Shown here piece after piece: positions 16,796 to 26,152 of a DNA stretch of 31,305 nucleotides. The stretch comes from a virus. Lineage: Duplodnaviria > Caudoviricetes. Both the position numbers and the translations under genes were made by a program. Location: IMG/VR virus record IMGVR_UViG_3300004088_000006, positions 1-31,305 of that record; one strand, written 5' to 3'. The notes below the pieces were generated by a model, which was not told the origin of the DNA, ran no database searches, and worked only from the letters and a program-made list of their open reading frames with translations. The number at the start of each line of letters is the position of its first letter. Position 1 is the first letter of the stretch.

Positions 16796-19181
16796 ACACG
16801 CGATTGACTTCCTTCAGAAGTTCAAGCCTAGTAGACCTTGGACACTGGGAGCTATCGCAACAGACAGGAAAGCTGTCACCTTCCGCACGTTTCGTGACGA
16901 GCAGGAAGCATACAATTTCATTGAGCAAGAAAACGGTAAACGAAATCTGTATTTCTTGGTCAACGAGCCGACAAGAGATATCGACACAAAACCCAGCAAG
17001 ACCGACATCAAACAAGCTCCGTGGCTGCACGTTGATGTTGATAGCAGCGCCACAGATGCTGAGGGTCTTGAGCGAGATCTTGATATGCTACTTCCGCAGC
17101 TTACGAACAAGCTGCCGAAAGGCATCCCGCAGCCGACCATCACTCTGTTCTCAGGCAACGGTTACTGGGCTTTCTGGAAGCTCGACGAACCGTTTCTGAT
17201 TGAAGGCACCGAAACCAAGTGGGAGGAATTCGAGCTTTACAACAAGCGTCTGGAGCAAGTGTTCGGAGGCGATCACTGCTTCAACGTGGACCGTATCGCG
17301 CGGCTACCCGGCACGATCAACATTCCCAATCCGCAGAAGCGCAAGAAAGGCAGGGTTGAAGTAGAAGCCAAAGTTCTGGACTTCGATCCCAGCCGTGTCT
17401 ACAGCATTTCAGATTTCAAGAAGTCCGCTGGTGTCCAGTCGTCTGGCTCTATGATGGATGGCGGCAAAGCTGATGTCGATATTGATGCCGGTAACATTGA
17501 TCGCATTGTGGAACTAAGCGAGCTTGACGAATGGTCAGTTCCAGACAGGCTCAAGATTATCATGGTGCAGGGTAGTCACCCAGACCAGCCCAAGGAGAAG
17601 GACAACTCCCGTTCCGCTTGGGTGTTCGATTTCTGCTGCGGTATGTCTCGCTGCAATGTTCCAGATGCAGTAATCTACAGCATCTTGACAGACCCAGCAT
17701 GGGGCATCTCTGACAGCGTGCTTGAATTGAAGTCAGGCGCTGATCGGTATGCGCGTCGGCAGATCTCACGCGCCAAGCAATACAGCGAAGACCCTAATCT
17801 GCTCATGATGAACGACAGGCACGCTGTTATCGGTAACATCGGCGGCAAGTGCGCAGTCATCGAGGAGGTCGACGATCAGCTCAAGCTGCACAACGGCCAG
17901 ACGTTCAAGCGCACCAAGCTCACGATGTCTACCTTCCAGAGTATTCAGCATCGCTACATGAACAAGCGTGTCAAGGTCGGCACCAGCAAAGAAGGTGGTG
18001 ATGTCACTGAGGAACTCGGGAAGTATTGGCTCAAGCATACGATGCGCCGCCAGTATGACACGATGCGGTTCATGCCTCTCATCGAGAAAGATGGTGTCTA
18101 CAACCTTTGGCGCGGCTTCGCTTACGAAGCTGTCCCTGGAGATTGCAGCCTTTATCTCCAGCACGTGAAAGAGAACATCTGCTCTGGTAACGAATTCCTA
18201 TATGAGTATCTCATCTGTTGGATGGCACGATGTGTTCAAGAGCCTGCCAGTGCTGGCGAGGTAGCTGTCGTTCTGCGAGGCGGCAAAGGGACAGGTAAGG
18301 GCTGGTTCGCGCGAACCTTCGGCCGTCTCTTTGGGCGACACTTCCTGCACATTGCCAACGCGAAACATCTCGTTGGTAACTTCAATGCTCACCTTCAAGA
18401 CTGCTGCCTACTGTTCGCTGACGAAGCGTTCTTTGCTGGTGACAAGTCACACGAAAGTGTGCTCAAGATGCTGATCACCGAAGATATACTGCCCATCGAG
18501 AAAAAGGGCTACGATGTTGAAGCCCAGCCGAACTTCGTGCATATGATCATGGCGTCAAACGATCCACATGTTATCCGTGCAACTGGAGACGAGCGGCGCT
18601 ACTTCGTTCTGAACGTAGGTGAAGGCAAGCGTCAAGATGCGAACTACTTTGGCAAGATCAACCAGCAGATGGAGAATGGCGGCTACGAAGCCCTGCTCTA
18701 CTATCTCCAGTCGGTGGACATAAGTAACTTCCAAGTCCGGAACGTTCCGCAGACTGATGCGTTGCAGGAACAGAAACTGCTGTCCATGAACTACGACGAA
18801 GAGTGGTGGTTCCGCAAGCTGCAAGATGGGCGTATCTTTGAAGGCGATGCTGAGTGGGAGAGGTTCGCCCAAACCGACAAGGTCACGCAGGATTTCGTGA
18901 GATATATGGAACTGTGGCGTTTCAACCGTCGTGGTAACGAAACCAGCTTGGGTCGTTTCCTTAATCGCATGTGCCCGCATCTTACCAAGGTTCGCCGTCG
19001 CACAGTCGTTGATGTGGATGATGGTTTCGGCCAGCCAAAACGTGAAGCTCGGCGTCTTAATTTCTACGACTTTGGCACGCTCGACGAATGCCGTCAAGCA
19101 TGGGAAAAGGCCCACGGTAAGGTTGAGTGGGAAGAACCAGCGCAGCTTGACATGGATCAACCTGATGATAAGCCATTTTAA
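16779..19181 (+). CDS. Primase(-polymerase) fused to SF3 helicase
   Basis: N-terminal HVDVD, SGNGYWAFW, RIARLPGT; C-terminal Walker A GGKGTGKG, Walker B FADE, ASN, DERRY. Confidence 0.88.
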   Translation: MKGNSKHAIDFLQKFKPSRPWTLGAIATDRKAVTFRTFRDEQEAYNFIEQENGKRNLYFLVNEPTRDIDTKPSKTDIKQAPWLHVDVDSSATDAEGLERDLDMLLPQLTNKLPKGIPQPTITLFSGNGYWAFWKLDEPFLIEGTETKWEEFELYNKRLEQVFGGDHCFNVDRIARLPGTINIPNPQKRKKGRVEVEAKVLDFDPSRVYSISDFKKSAGVQSSGSMMDGGKADVDIDAGNIDRIVELSELDEWSVPDRLKIIMVQGSHPDQPKEKDNSRSAWVFDFCCGMSRCNVPDAVIYSILTDPAWGISDSVLELKSGADRYARRQISRAKQYSEDPNLLMMNDRHAVIGNIGGKCAVIEEVDDQLKLHNGQTFKRTKLTMSTFQSIQHRYMNKRVKVGTSKEGGDVTEELGKYWLKHTMRRQYDTMRFMPLIEKDGVYNLWRGFAYEAVPGDCSLYLQHVKENICSGNEFLYEYLICWMARCVQEPASAGEVAVVLRGGKGTGKGWFARTFGRLFGRHFLHIANAKHLVGNFNAHLQDCCLLFADEAFFAGDKSHESVLKMLITEDILPIEKKGYDVEAQPNFVHMIMASNDPHVIRATGDERRYFVLNVGEGKRQDANYFGKINQQMENGGYEALLYYLQSVDISNFQVRNVPQTDALQEQKLLSMNYDEEWWFRKLQDGRIFEGDAEWERFAQTDKVTQDFVRYMELWRFNRRGNETSLGRFLNRMCPHLTKVRRRTVVDVDDGFGQPKREARRLNFYDFGTLDECRQAWEKAHGKVEWEEPAQLDMDQPDDKPF

Positions 19182-19187
19182 CGAGCG

Positions 19188-19300
19188 CTCAGAGGCCGCT
19201 GGAGGGCGGTTGCCGGGTAGCAGCACGCCCAGCACCGCCACAGGTGTCCATGCGCCTCCTGGACGCGCTCCGATGGCCCCTGGACGTGTTGGATTGGTAG
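19188..19300. repeat. GC-rich palindromic dispersed repeat
   Basis: Nested inverted repeats GAGGC/GCCTC, TGGA/TCCA, GGCGGT/ACCGCC; 19247-19258 is the exact reverse complement of 28178-28189. Confidence 0.65.
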
Positions 19301-19324
19301 CCTATGCGGCCGGAACGGTTGCGC

Positions 19325-19353
19325 TGGTCCAGTGTGTTGTCACAGGGTATAAT
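19325..19353 (+). promoter_or_regulatory. Putative promoter for the ligase operon
   Basis: TGGTCC-17-TATAAT. Confidence 0.6.
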
Positions 19354-19417
19354 ATTCTCAGTTGCCAAAAATTTGGCGGCTGCGCGTGACGTTGGATCGT
19401 GATAAACTATCGGAGAT

Positions 19418-19624
19418 ATGATGCTGAGCAAAGTCTGGATGATACCGTGGTCGGTCAACGGTATTGACGAATACCAAAGCAGTCTTGTCCTGTTCGACGA
19501 GCAGGTTACGAAGCAGCAGGCCGAGGCGAACCCTAGCAAGGGGCGCATCCTGTTCGAGACCATCGATCTGACACCTGAGGAGGAAACGTCAGTCCTCCAG
19601 AGCATGAGGAGCACTTTCGGATGA
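19418..19624 (+). CDS. Hypothetical protein
   Basis: GGAG RBS; ATGA overlap with the ligase start. Confidence 0.65.
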   Translation: MMLSKVWMIPWSVNGIDEYQSSLVLFDEQVTKQQAEANPSKGRILFETIDLTPEEETSVLQSMRSTFG

Positions 19625-20544
19625 AACCTATGCTCGCATCAAAGTGGGAGGACCGCAACGAGGATATGTTCCCTTTCTGGGCGCAACCCAAGCTGGACGG
19701 CATCCGTGTCCTGGTCGGTGAAGACGGCTACCTCTACACGCGCAGCCTGAAGCCTGTGCGAAACGCCGAGATACAGTCGCTTGTCCGCAACGAGCCTGGA
19801 TTAGTTGGTCTGGATGCGGAGATAATCGTCGGAGATAAAACTGCGGAGGATTGTTACCGGAGAACAAGTTCTGCGGTAATGAGCTACGATAACGACGACA
19901 TCGCATACGCCAGTCTCTGGGTGTTCGACATCTGGAATGACCCATTCTCCGACTACGATGATCGATACGGTCAGCTGATCGAGCGCAGCGCCGACTGGCC
20001 TGACTGGGTGCAAATCGTGCCGACTGCTCTGCTTCACGACATGCAGATGCTCAACGAGTATGAAGCAAGGCTGCTGGACCAAGGTCACGAAGGTGTAATC
20101 CTTCGGAGGCGAGACTCGCTCTACAAGCAGGGTCGTGGCACGCCCAAGCAGGGTGAGCTGATCAAGCTGAAAAGGTTCGCTGATGCCGAAGGTGTTATCG
20201 TTGCCTGTCACGAAGAAATGCACAACGCCAATCCAGCGACCATCAATGCGCTCGGCTACACAGAGCACAGTGGTCACCAAGAGAACCTGATCGGCAAAGG
20301 CACGCTCGGTGCTTTCGAGCTCAAAATTGACGAGCAAAAATGGCCGAGCGGATTTGTCCGAGTTGGGACTGGAATGTCTGCTCAACAGAGGGAGCAGTTC
20401 TGGTCCGAACGCGACAGCTTGATCGGCAAGATGGTCAAGTTCAAATACTTTGAAGTCGGCGTGAAAGATGCACCGCGGTTCCCGGTCTTCTTGGGCTTCA
20501 GAGACGTTGATGACATGGAACCAGCACAAGGATCACTATTCTGA
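19621..20544 (+). CDS. Minimal ATP-dependent DNA ligase
   Basis: KPMLA, KLDGIR (motif I), LDAEI, VFD, EGVILR, LIKLK, PRFPVF. Confidence 0.93.
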   Translation: MKPMLASKWEDRNEDMFPFWAQPKLDGIRVLVGEDGYLYTRSLKPVRNAEIQSLVRNEPGLVGLDAEIIVGDKTAEDCYRRTSSAVMSYDNDDIAYASLWVFDIWNDPFSDYDDRYGQLIERSADWPDWVQIVPTALLHDMQMLNEYEARLLDQGHEGVILRRRDSLYKQGRGTPKQGELIKLKRFADAEGVIVACHEEMHNANPATINALGYTEHSGHQENLIGKGTLGAFELKIDEQKWPSGFVRVGTGMSAQQREQFWSERDSLIGKMVKFKYFEVGVKDAPRFPVFLGFRDVDDMEPAQGSLF

Positions 20545-20894
20545 TGAAACTCTGGCAGAAATTCAAGCGTCTTATGCCCAACAGGAAGAAGGCGCGGGTC
20601 AAGAAGGTGGAGACCTTCCCGTCGCCGACAATGACAACGGCTGAAATGCTGATCATGAACAACTGGAACATCACGTTCTCAAATCCGGAACCTGCTCGTG
20701 CTGGCGAGAAACGTGCTCGAGTCCGTGAAGTCGAGAAGATGAAGGCCAACTCCAAGATCCCAGACAATCGCGGCCCAATGACCCGGCAGGTCCGTCGGCA
20801 GGTCGAGCGGCGTGAGTTCAAGAACTTGAAAGCCGAGGTCATGCAAATGCGGCGGCGCAGACAGATGACCGAGAAAGGTCTGATCCCGATATGA
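20544..20894 (+). CDS. Basic hypothetical protein
   Basis: TGATG coupling to the ligase; Arg/Lys-rich. Confidence 0.7.
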   Translation: MKLWQKFKRLMPNRKKARVKKVETFPSPTMTTAEMLIMNNWNITFSNPEPARAGEKRARVREVEKMKANSKIPDNRGPMTRQVRRQVERREFKNLKAEVMQMRRRRQMTEKGLIPI

Positions 20895-21157
20895 CCAAGA
20901 TCACGCACGAGGTTCTTCGGGACAAGTGTCGTAAGGCGATGGGGGCGAAAATCCCCATCGCTGCCAAAGAACGCTGGGCTATCTTCATCAAAGAAGAACG
21001 CACGGAGTTCACATTTCGCTGGGAGTGGATACGAGACCCTCGCTTCTACCAGTGGGTTGATGCGAACAAGGATCAGCTCGACATCATGGACGGCGAAGAG
21101 TGGTTCGGTGTGTATATCTGCGAACCTGACGGAACTCCAGTGAACGACTACAAATAG
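20891..21157 (+). CDS. Hypothetical protein
   Basis: ATGA overlap with the previous gene. Confidence 0.7.
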   Translation: MTKITHEVLRDKCRKAMGAKIPIAAKERWAIFIKEERTEFTFRWEWIRDPRFYQWVDANKDQLDIMDGEEWFGVYICEPDGTPVNDYK

Positions 21158-21197
21158 TCTGACATTATACTTGCACGCTCGCCCGCGTAAAGAGCAC

Positions 21198-21277
21198 GAC
21201 AAATAAGACTGTTCACTTGGTTTGTCAGGGTGTATTGTGGTCGTAATAAGCAACCCTTAACCCAGAGGTGAACAATG
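21198..21277 (+). promoter_or_regulatory. Early promoter/leader cassette 1
   Basis: GACAA-N7-TGTTCA-17-TATTGT, then GCAACCC...GAGGTGAACAATG. Confidence 0.7.
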
Positions 21278-21991
21278 TCAAATATCCGCGCCAAAATCCT
21301 GGCCCTGCGCAACATGATCGAAGAACGTGGGGCTACCGAAGCTGAAGCCATGGCAGCGCTCGCCAAGGCTGACAAGCTGATGGCCGAGCATGGCTTGACC
21401 GAAGCTGACCTTGAGGTCGCACAAGCCAAGCGTGACATGAGCCACGGCGAATTCAAGTATGGCATCAAGACGCAGCATCCGTGCGCGAAATGGTGCAGTA
21501 GGACCATCGGCCAGTTCTGCGGCGTGGTGGCGTGGTATGACTGCAGCGTGCAGAAGTCCAACGGCTTTGGCTTCAATGCTGACGTCGAGATGTATGAGTT
21601 CCTTCTGAAGCTGGTGCATGACAGCATGAACCGCGAGTGGAAGGACTATCTCCAGAACAACGCACCGCGTCCCGGCGTCTCGCGTCACACCGAATACTGG
21701 TCGTTCATGCTGGGCATGGCTGAACGTGTCAACGAGAAAATCCGTGAGCTGATGGAAGCTCGTGAGGTCAAGACTGACAGCACTGGCACCGACCTCGTGG
21801 TCAAGAAGTATGCCGTCATCGAGGCTGGCATGAAAGAGATGTTGCCAGGACTTTCGCTGCGTAATTCGCGCAGTCGCGGCATCCGCGCCGACGGTTCTGC
21901 CATGGCAGAAGGGCGCAAGGCCGGTGAGAGGGTGAACCTCAGCCGTCCGCTGAAAACCGGACCGGGTGGCCGGAAAGCAATCGCAGGCTAA
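21275..21991 (+). CDS. DUF2786-domain protein
   Basis: KILALR...ATEAEAMAALAKADKLMAEHGL signature; C-terminal SFMLG and EGRKAG. Confidence 0.8.
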   Translation: MSNIRAKILALRNMIEERGATEAEAMAALAKADKLMAEHGLTEADLEVAQAKRDMSHGEFKYGIKTQHPCAKWCSRTIGQFCGVVAWYDCSVQKSNGFGFNADVEMYEFLLKLVHDSMNREWKDYLQNNAPRPGVSRHTEYWSFMLGMAERVNEKIRELMEAREVKTDSTGTDLVVKKYAVIEAGMKEMLPGLSLRNSRSRGIRADGSAMAEGRKAGERVNLSRPLKTGPGGRKAIAG

Positions 21992-22002
21992 GAAGAATTA
22001 CC

Positions 22003-22353
22003 ATGCGATATCTGATCGGAGTGAGCGTTATCGCACTTCTGGGAGCGTGTGCCGCGCCCCAGCGTGTGATCTGTGACCGCGAGGCACAAGAATGGACGAA
22101 GTTTGGCACCCAAGAAGACGAGTGCGCTCGGCCACCCGTCATCGTGGCAACCAACTGGCCGGGTGGGGGCGAAAGTGATGGTGGTGGACGAGATGTCAAT
22201 CCTGACGTGGGATCTCCTTCTGATCCCGTGGGCGATGTCCTGGTCCAACTCTCGACTGGCTCCCTTTGGGAAGTCACTGCGCTGAACAGCAAGTGTCGTT
22301 CGCCGAGCCAGAGCAAGAACGGCTTCTACAAGCTGGAAGGTAAACGTCTATAA
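22003..22353 (+). CDS. Putative lipoprotein
   Basis: MRYLIGVSVIALLGAC: basic residue, hydrophobic core and lipobox LGAC. Confidence 0.6.
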   Translation: MRYLIGVSVIALLGACAAPQRVICDREAQEWTKFGTQEDECARPPVIVATNWPGGGESDGGGRDVNPDVGSPSDPVGDVLVQLSTGSLWEVTALNSKCRSPSQSKNGFYKLEGKRL

Positions 22354-22355
22354 CA

Positions 22356-22438
22356 GACAATTGATGGGTGTTCAAGACCCGGCTCGCGGGGTAGTGTGAT
22401 GGCACTACCCCAAGCAACCCTACGAGGTGAACTCAATG
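22356..22438 (+). promoter_or_regulatory. Early promoter/leader cassette 2
   Basis: GACAA-N8-TGTTCA-17-TAGTGT; inverted repeat GGGGTAGTG/CACTACCCC; GCAACCC..GAGGTGAACTCAATG. Confidence 0.7.
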
Positions 22439-23602
22439 CCTATCTACTTCTCCAACGCTGGTCACATTGACCTGGACGTCATTCGGACCATGGGCGCGTC
22501 CGTGAAAGAAAACGACAACCCGATTGGCTACTTCGGCACCGGGCTGAAATACGCCATCGCGACGCTCCTGCGCACGGGACACGCTGTTTCGCTCTACACC
22601 AATGGCGAGACCATCCAGTTCAGCAGTAAGCCCAAGGAGATTCGTGGCAAGTCGTTCGACATGATTTACATGGGCGACGAACAGCTTGGCTTCACCACTG
22701 ACCTCGGCAAGAACTGGGAAGTGTGGCAGGCATACCGCGAACTCTACTCCAATGCCATGGACGAGAATGGCCGCGTCAGTGGTCAGTTCGAGGAGAATGA
22801 CACCGTGTTCACAGTTCAGCCTGTGCGGGTGTTCGGACAGGACGAACAATCCATCGTCGATGTTCACGCAGAACGTGGCAAGATCTTTCTGCAGAATGAC
22901 CCGTGGCTGGTCGGAGATGGTGTTGAAGTTCACCGAGGAAAGTCTCACTTTGTCTACTTCCGCGGCGTCCGTGTTCACAAGCTGCTCAAGCCTTCGCGGT
23001 TCACCTACAACCTCACGTGTCACATGATGCTGACCGAGGACCGCACGCTGGCCTCCACCTACGACATGAACTACAAGCTCGGCACGCGACTGCCACGTAT
23101 CGCAGATCCTGACTTCGCGCTCAAGCTGGTTGATCCTGAGTGGGACGGACACGAAGCTGTCCTGGACTTCTCTGACTGTCACGACCCCAGCGAGGAATTC
23201 CTCGATGCGCTGGAGAAGCACCGTGCGAATGCCCGCATGAAAGATCGCAACAAGGACATGCTGCATCGGCACCGCAAGATCACCAACTTGGACACGTTTG
23301 AGCTTGATCCTGAGCAGGCTCGCACCGTGAACTCTGCGTGTGGTCTGCTCCGAGCGCTGAACTGCTTCGTGTCACCTGCTGACTTCACCTTCGTGGAGAA
23401 CCTCGGCCCCGGCGTCTATGCCCAGTGCAAGGACGGCAAGATGCTGATCACCCGACAGACCGTCGCAAACGGCGTGGACTTTCTCGCGATTACCATGTAT
23501 GAGGAGTGGATCCACGACAAGATGGGTTATCAGGATGAGAGCCGCGGAATGCAGCAGTTCCTGTTCGACAAGATCCTGGAGTTGGTGAAGCGTGGCCTTT
23601 GA
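22436..23602 (+). CDS. GHKL (HSP90/MutL-like) ATPase-related protein with permuted motif order
   Basis: IGYFGTGLK (G2-box-like) near the N-terminus precedes RELYSNAMDE (N-box-like); C-terminal EEWIH. Confidence 0.65.
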   Translation: MPIYFSNAGHIDLDVIRTMGASVKENDNPIGYFGTGLKYAIATLLRTGHAVSLYTNGETIQFSSKPKEIRGKSFDMIYMGDEQLGFTTDLGKNWEVWQAYRELYSNAMDENGRVSGQFEENDTVFTVQPVRVFGQDEQSIVDVHAERGKIFLQNDPWLVGDGVEVHRGKSHFVYFRGVRVHKLLKPSRFTYNLTCHMMLTEDRTLASTYDMNYKLGTRLPRIADPDFALKLVDPEWDGHEAVLDFSDCHDPSEEFLDALEKHRANARMKDRNKDMLHRHRKITNLDTFELDPEQARTVNSACGLLRALNCFVSPADFTFVENLGPGVYAQCKDGKMLITRQTVANGVDFLAITMYEEWIHDKMGYQDESRGMQQFLFDKILELVKRGL

Positions 23603-23906
23603 ACACGAACCCCGTGTCGGAAACTTGTATCGCTCCAAAGGTGGACGCGATACAAGGTTCTGGCTTTTGGTCTCAATCAAGCCGACAAGTTGTCCGACGT
23701 TGAGGTCCAATACTGCTTGCCTCCTTGGGCTTGACGAAGATCACAACATTGTCTCTGCCCAGAGCTATGGAATTCATGCCTTGCGTCGCCGCGAGGTTAT
23801 CGGTCACGTGAACATAGAGGAGTTGAGGTTCCATGACGATACGAGATCCGAGCAGCCAGTCTCCATTCCCGATCTGGTTGCATGTCAAGACGCAGGGTCT
23901 GTATGA
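23592..23906 (+). CDS. Hypothetical protein
   Basis: GTG start overlapping the upstream stop; fills the gap in the operon. Confidence 0.6.
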   Translation: MAFEHEPRVGNLYRSKGGRDTRFWLLVSIKPTSCPTLRSNTACLLGLDEDHNIVSAQSYGIHALRRREVIGHVNIEELRFHDDTRSEQPVSIPDLVACQDAGSV

Positions 23907-24036
23907 GGTTCTGCATCATGGCATCGAAGAAGGCACGCTGAAACCCGTGGTCATCTACCGCCGGATCAGCGATGGGTCTATATGGACCCGGCCTTGCGAC
24001 CAGTTCTATGATGGCAGGTTCACTCAACAGCCTTGA
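23833..24036 (+). CDS. DUF1653-like small beta-barrel protein
   Basis: HVK..GLYEV....VVIYR..DGSIWTRP..QF.DGRF pattern; GAGG RBS. Confidence 0.7.
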   Translation: MTIRDPSSQSPFPIWLHVKTQGLYEVLHHGIEEGTLKPVVIYRRISDGSIWTRPCDQFYDGRFTQQP

Positions 24037-24045
24037 GGTCTATAA

Positions 24046-24693
24046 ATGAAACCGATCATATTCAAAAGAGCCAACCGAAAATTTCCTAGTGAGTTTCGCC
24101 CCAACGTTCTCATTACTTTTGATTATGAGTATCTCGTTAAGCTGAATAATAAACATAGAGATGGACCTATTCATCAAATTGATTTCTATGAGTTCTTCTG
24201 GTTTGAGACTGATATAGCTGGCGCTCTTTGTTCGTTCTCACCAGAAGATCAAAGTCTATTTGTGGTCAAATTCAACGCAGCAGGAGAAACTACTGGTAGG
24301 TTTGAAAAGAAAGTAAATGAAGAAGACGTAAATTCTTATGAAGGACTAACCATCAACGACAAACTTCTCATTTCGCAGATCATGTTTGCGTTGTATCTGA
24401 TGACCCAAGCACGTTTGAATAAGAAACAGTCTATTTTCATGGCTCAGAGAAACAAAGCCTCTGTCTATTATAAAGAAGGCGATGTTGTCAAGTGGAAACG
24501 GATCTGGGACATGAACAAGCTACCATCGCCTGAATATGTTCCACCAGAGCCGGGAGTGAGCGGCATCAGAAAGAAAGAACACGATGTAATCGGTCACTAC
24601 AGAACCTACAAGAATGGAGCGAAAGTCTGGGTCAGACCACACAAAAGAGGAGATCCTACTCTCGGTGTGGTGACAAAGCTGATAACTGACTAG
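24046..24693 (+). CDS. Hypothetical protein, AT-richer than its neighbours
   Basis: 215-aa ORF; C-terminal HDVIGHYRTY..KVWVRPHKRG motif; many A/T-ending codons. Confidence 0.8.
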   Translation: MKPIIFKRANRKFPSEFRPNVLITFDYEYLVKLNNKHRDGPIHQIDFYEFFWFETDIAGALCSFSPEDQSLFVVKFNAAGETTGRFEKKVNEEDVNSYEGLTINDKLLISQIMFALYLMTQARLNKKQSIFMAQRNKASVYYKEGDVVKWKRIWDMNKLPSPEYVPPEPGVSGIRKKEHDVIGHYRTYKNGAKVWVRPHKRGDPTLGVVTKLITD

Positions 24694-24756
24694 TGGTCTT
24701 CTGCTTTTCACATGGTATACTATGGGTATGGCAACCCACCAATGGAGGTGAATATG
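24681..24756 (+). promoter_or_regulatory. Early promoter/leader cassette 3
   Basis: GATAA-N8-TGGTCT-16-TATACT, then GCAACCC...GGAGGTGAATATG. Confidence 0.65.
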
Positions 24757-24993
24757 ACTCGCTATCTTTCAGCTGAAAAGCTGCATCAGGATGACTTCGG
24801 AAATGCGTTCACGCACGCTGTCGGCGAAGTCGTCTACGACGCCTGCACTCGTGGCCGCAACGGTCGCGCTGGACCTTGGGCTACGATGACCCAGCGTTCT
24901 TTCGACATGAACGGCATGGGCCGTCTCGGCACTGGCTTCGGCCAGAAGTATGTCCGCAACGCTGCGGGTGAACTTCACAAGGTGGAGGGCTGA
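24754..24993 (+). CDS. Hypothetical protein
   Basis: GGAGGTG RBS; strong codon bias. Confidence 0.75.
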   Translation: MTRYLSAEKLHQDDFGNAFTHAVGEVVYDACTRGRNGRAGPWATMTQRSFDMNGMGRLGTGFGQKYVRNAAGELHKVEG

Positions 24994-24995
24994 AC

Positions 24996-25340
24996 ATGAG
25001 CTACGGCACGCACACATGGGAGTTCGAAGATCTCCCGGTTATGAACGACATCGCTGACGCAGAGCCCAAAATGGTGAACGTCGGCTTCGTTCTGGTCTGC
25101 ACCGACCCCGGGACGCCGGAAAGCGGCAGGTTCGGACCACCGGAATACTACGACCCCGGTGAAGGCGCGACTTGGGAAGTCGAGAGCATCCAGCTCATTT
25201 TCGAAGATGCACCGCCGCTGGACATCACCGAGAAACAGTTGTCCCAGTTGTTCCCCAACGGTGATGACATGATCAACAACGCGATTGAACGTGCTGCCGA
25301 AAATGGTAGCGTTGAAGCACCGGAGCCAGACTACGAATGA
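24996..25340 (+). CDS. Acidic hypothetical protein
   Basis: GGAGG RBS; operonic spacing. Confidence 0.75.
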   Translation: MSYGTHTWEFEDLPVMNDIADAEPKMVNVGFVLVCTDPGTPESGRFGPPEYYDPGEGATWEVESIQLIFEDAPPLDITEKQLSQLFPNGDDMINNAIERAAENGSVEAPEPDYE

Positions 25341-25858
25341 ACCTGTTCGTCTTCGATCATAACCCTGTCAAGGCCGCTGCTGGCCTTGACGACAAGCGCA
25401 TTGGCAGCGCTCTCCGTGAAGCCAACCAGATGATGTCCACGGCGCTTATTCAGAGCGGCGTAGAGGGCGCTGAGGTAGGGCCGGGGCTGCTATGTGCGCC
25501 AACGCATCAACACCATCCAGTGACGCTCTGGGTAGGCCAGACAAACGGCAATTTTGCGTGGACCTACCATTACGCAATGGCCCTCATTGACGAATGGCAA
25601 CTCCGCTACGGAACGTGGCATAGTAGCGGCGATCGCACGCCCTACATATGGAGATTTAGGACTTGCATTGCTGAAGGTCCTCTGCTACCGTTCCAAAATA
25701 GTGCGAGACATGATGGACTGGGGCTTGACTTCACACATCTGCCAGTTCCTGAGTCATACCAAGCGTATCTCCAGGAACGCTGGCTGACAGACAAGCGGCC
25801 CCCGACCTACACGAACCGGGAGTGGCCGCAATGGGCGAACTGGAACCAAGCAGCATGA
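25337..25858 (+). CDS. Pyrimidine-dimer DNA glycosylase (DenV/endonuclease V)-like protein
   Basis: MNLF..D.NP..AA..LDDKR....LREANQMMST and HHPVTLW motifs of this phage family. Confidence 0.6.
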   Translation: MNLFVFDHNPVKAAAGLDDKRIGSALREANQMMSTALIQSGVEGAEVGPGLLCAPTHQHHPVTLWVGQTNGNFAWTYHYAMALIDEWQLRYGTWHSSGDRTPYIWRFRTCIAEGPLLPFQNSARHDGLGLDFTHLPVPESYQAYLQERWLTDKRPPTYTNREWPQWANWNQAA

Positions 25859-26151
25859 GGATCTCAGCTGGACTACGCGTCGGGTTCTGGAAGCAGAACA
25901 ACAACCATTTCGATAGAAGTCCGTTCGTGCCCAAGGGATACTACACCGGGCCTGATCTCGGAGAACACATACCCGGTGCTCTTCTCGAACAGCCACTGAT
26001 GGAGGGAACTCTGCGCTTTCGCGTGGGTGTTCTCTTCCGTCCCGACTTGGGCAAGAGGCAACGCCTAGAAACAATCCTCATTCTTGAGAACTGGATCCCC
26101 GAGATGTTCGAATACGAGGACTGGTCGGAGGACATGGCGTTGGAGGCCTGA
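25855..26151 (+). CDS. Hypothetical protein
   Basis: ATGA overlap with the upstream gene. Confidence 0.65.
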   Translation: MRISAGLRVGFWKQNNNHFDRSPFVPKGYYTGPDLGEHIPGALLEQPLMEGTLRFRVGVLFRPDLGKRQRLETILILENWIPEMFEYEDWSEDMALEA

Positions 26152-26152
26152 C

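Noticed and set aside
18931-19389. 152-aa ORF spanning the primase end and the intergenic region
   Set aside because: It overlaps the primase gene out of frame and runs through the GC-rich palindrome and promoter; the translation is low-complexity.
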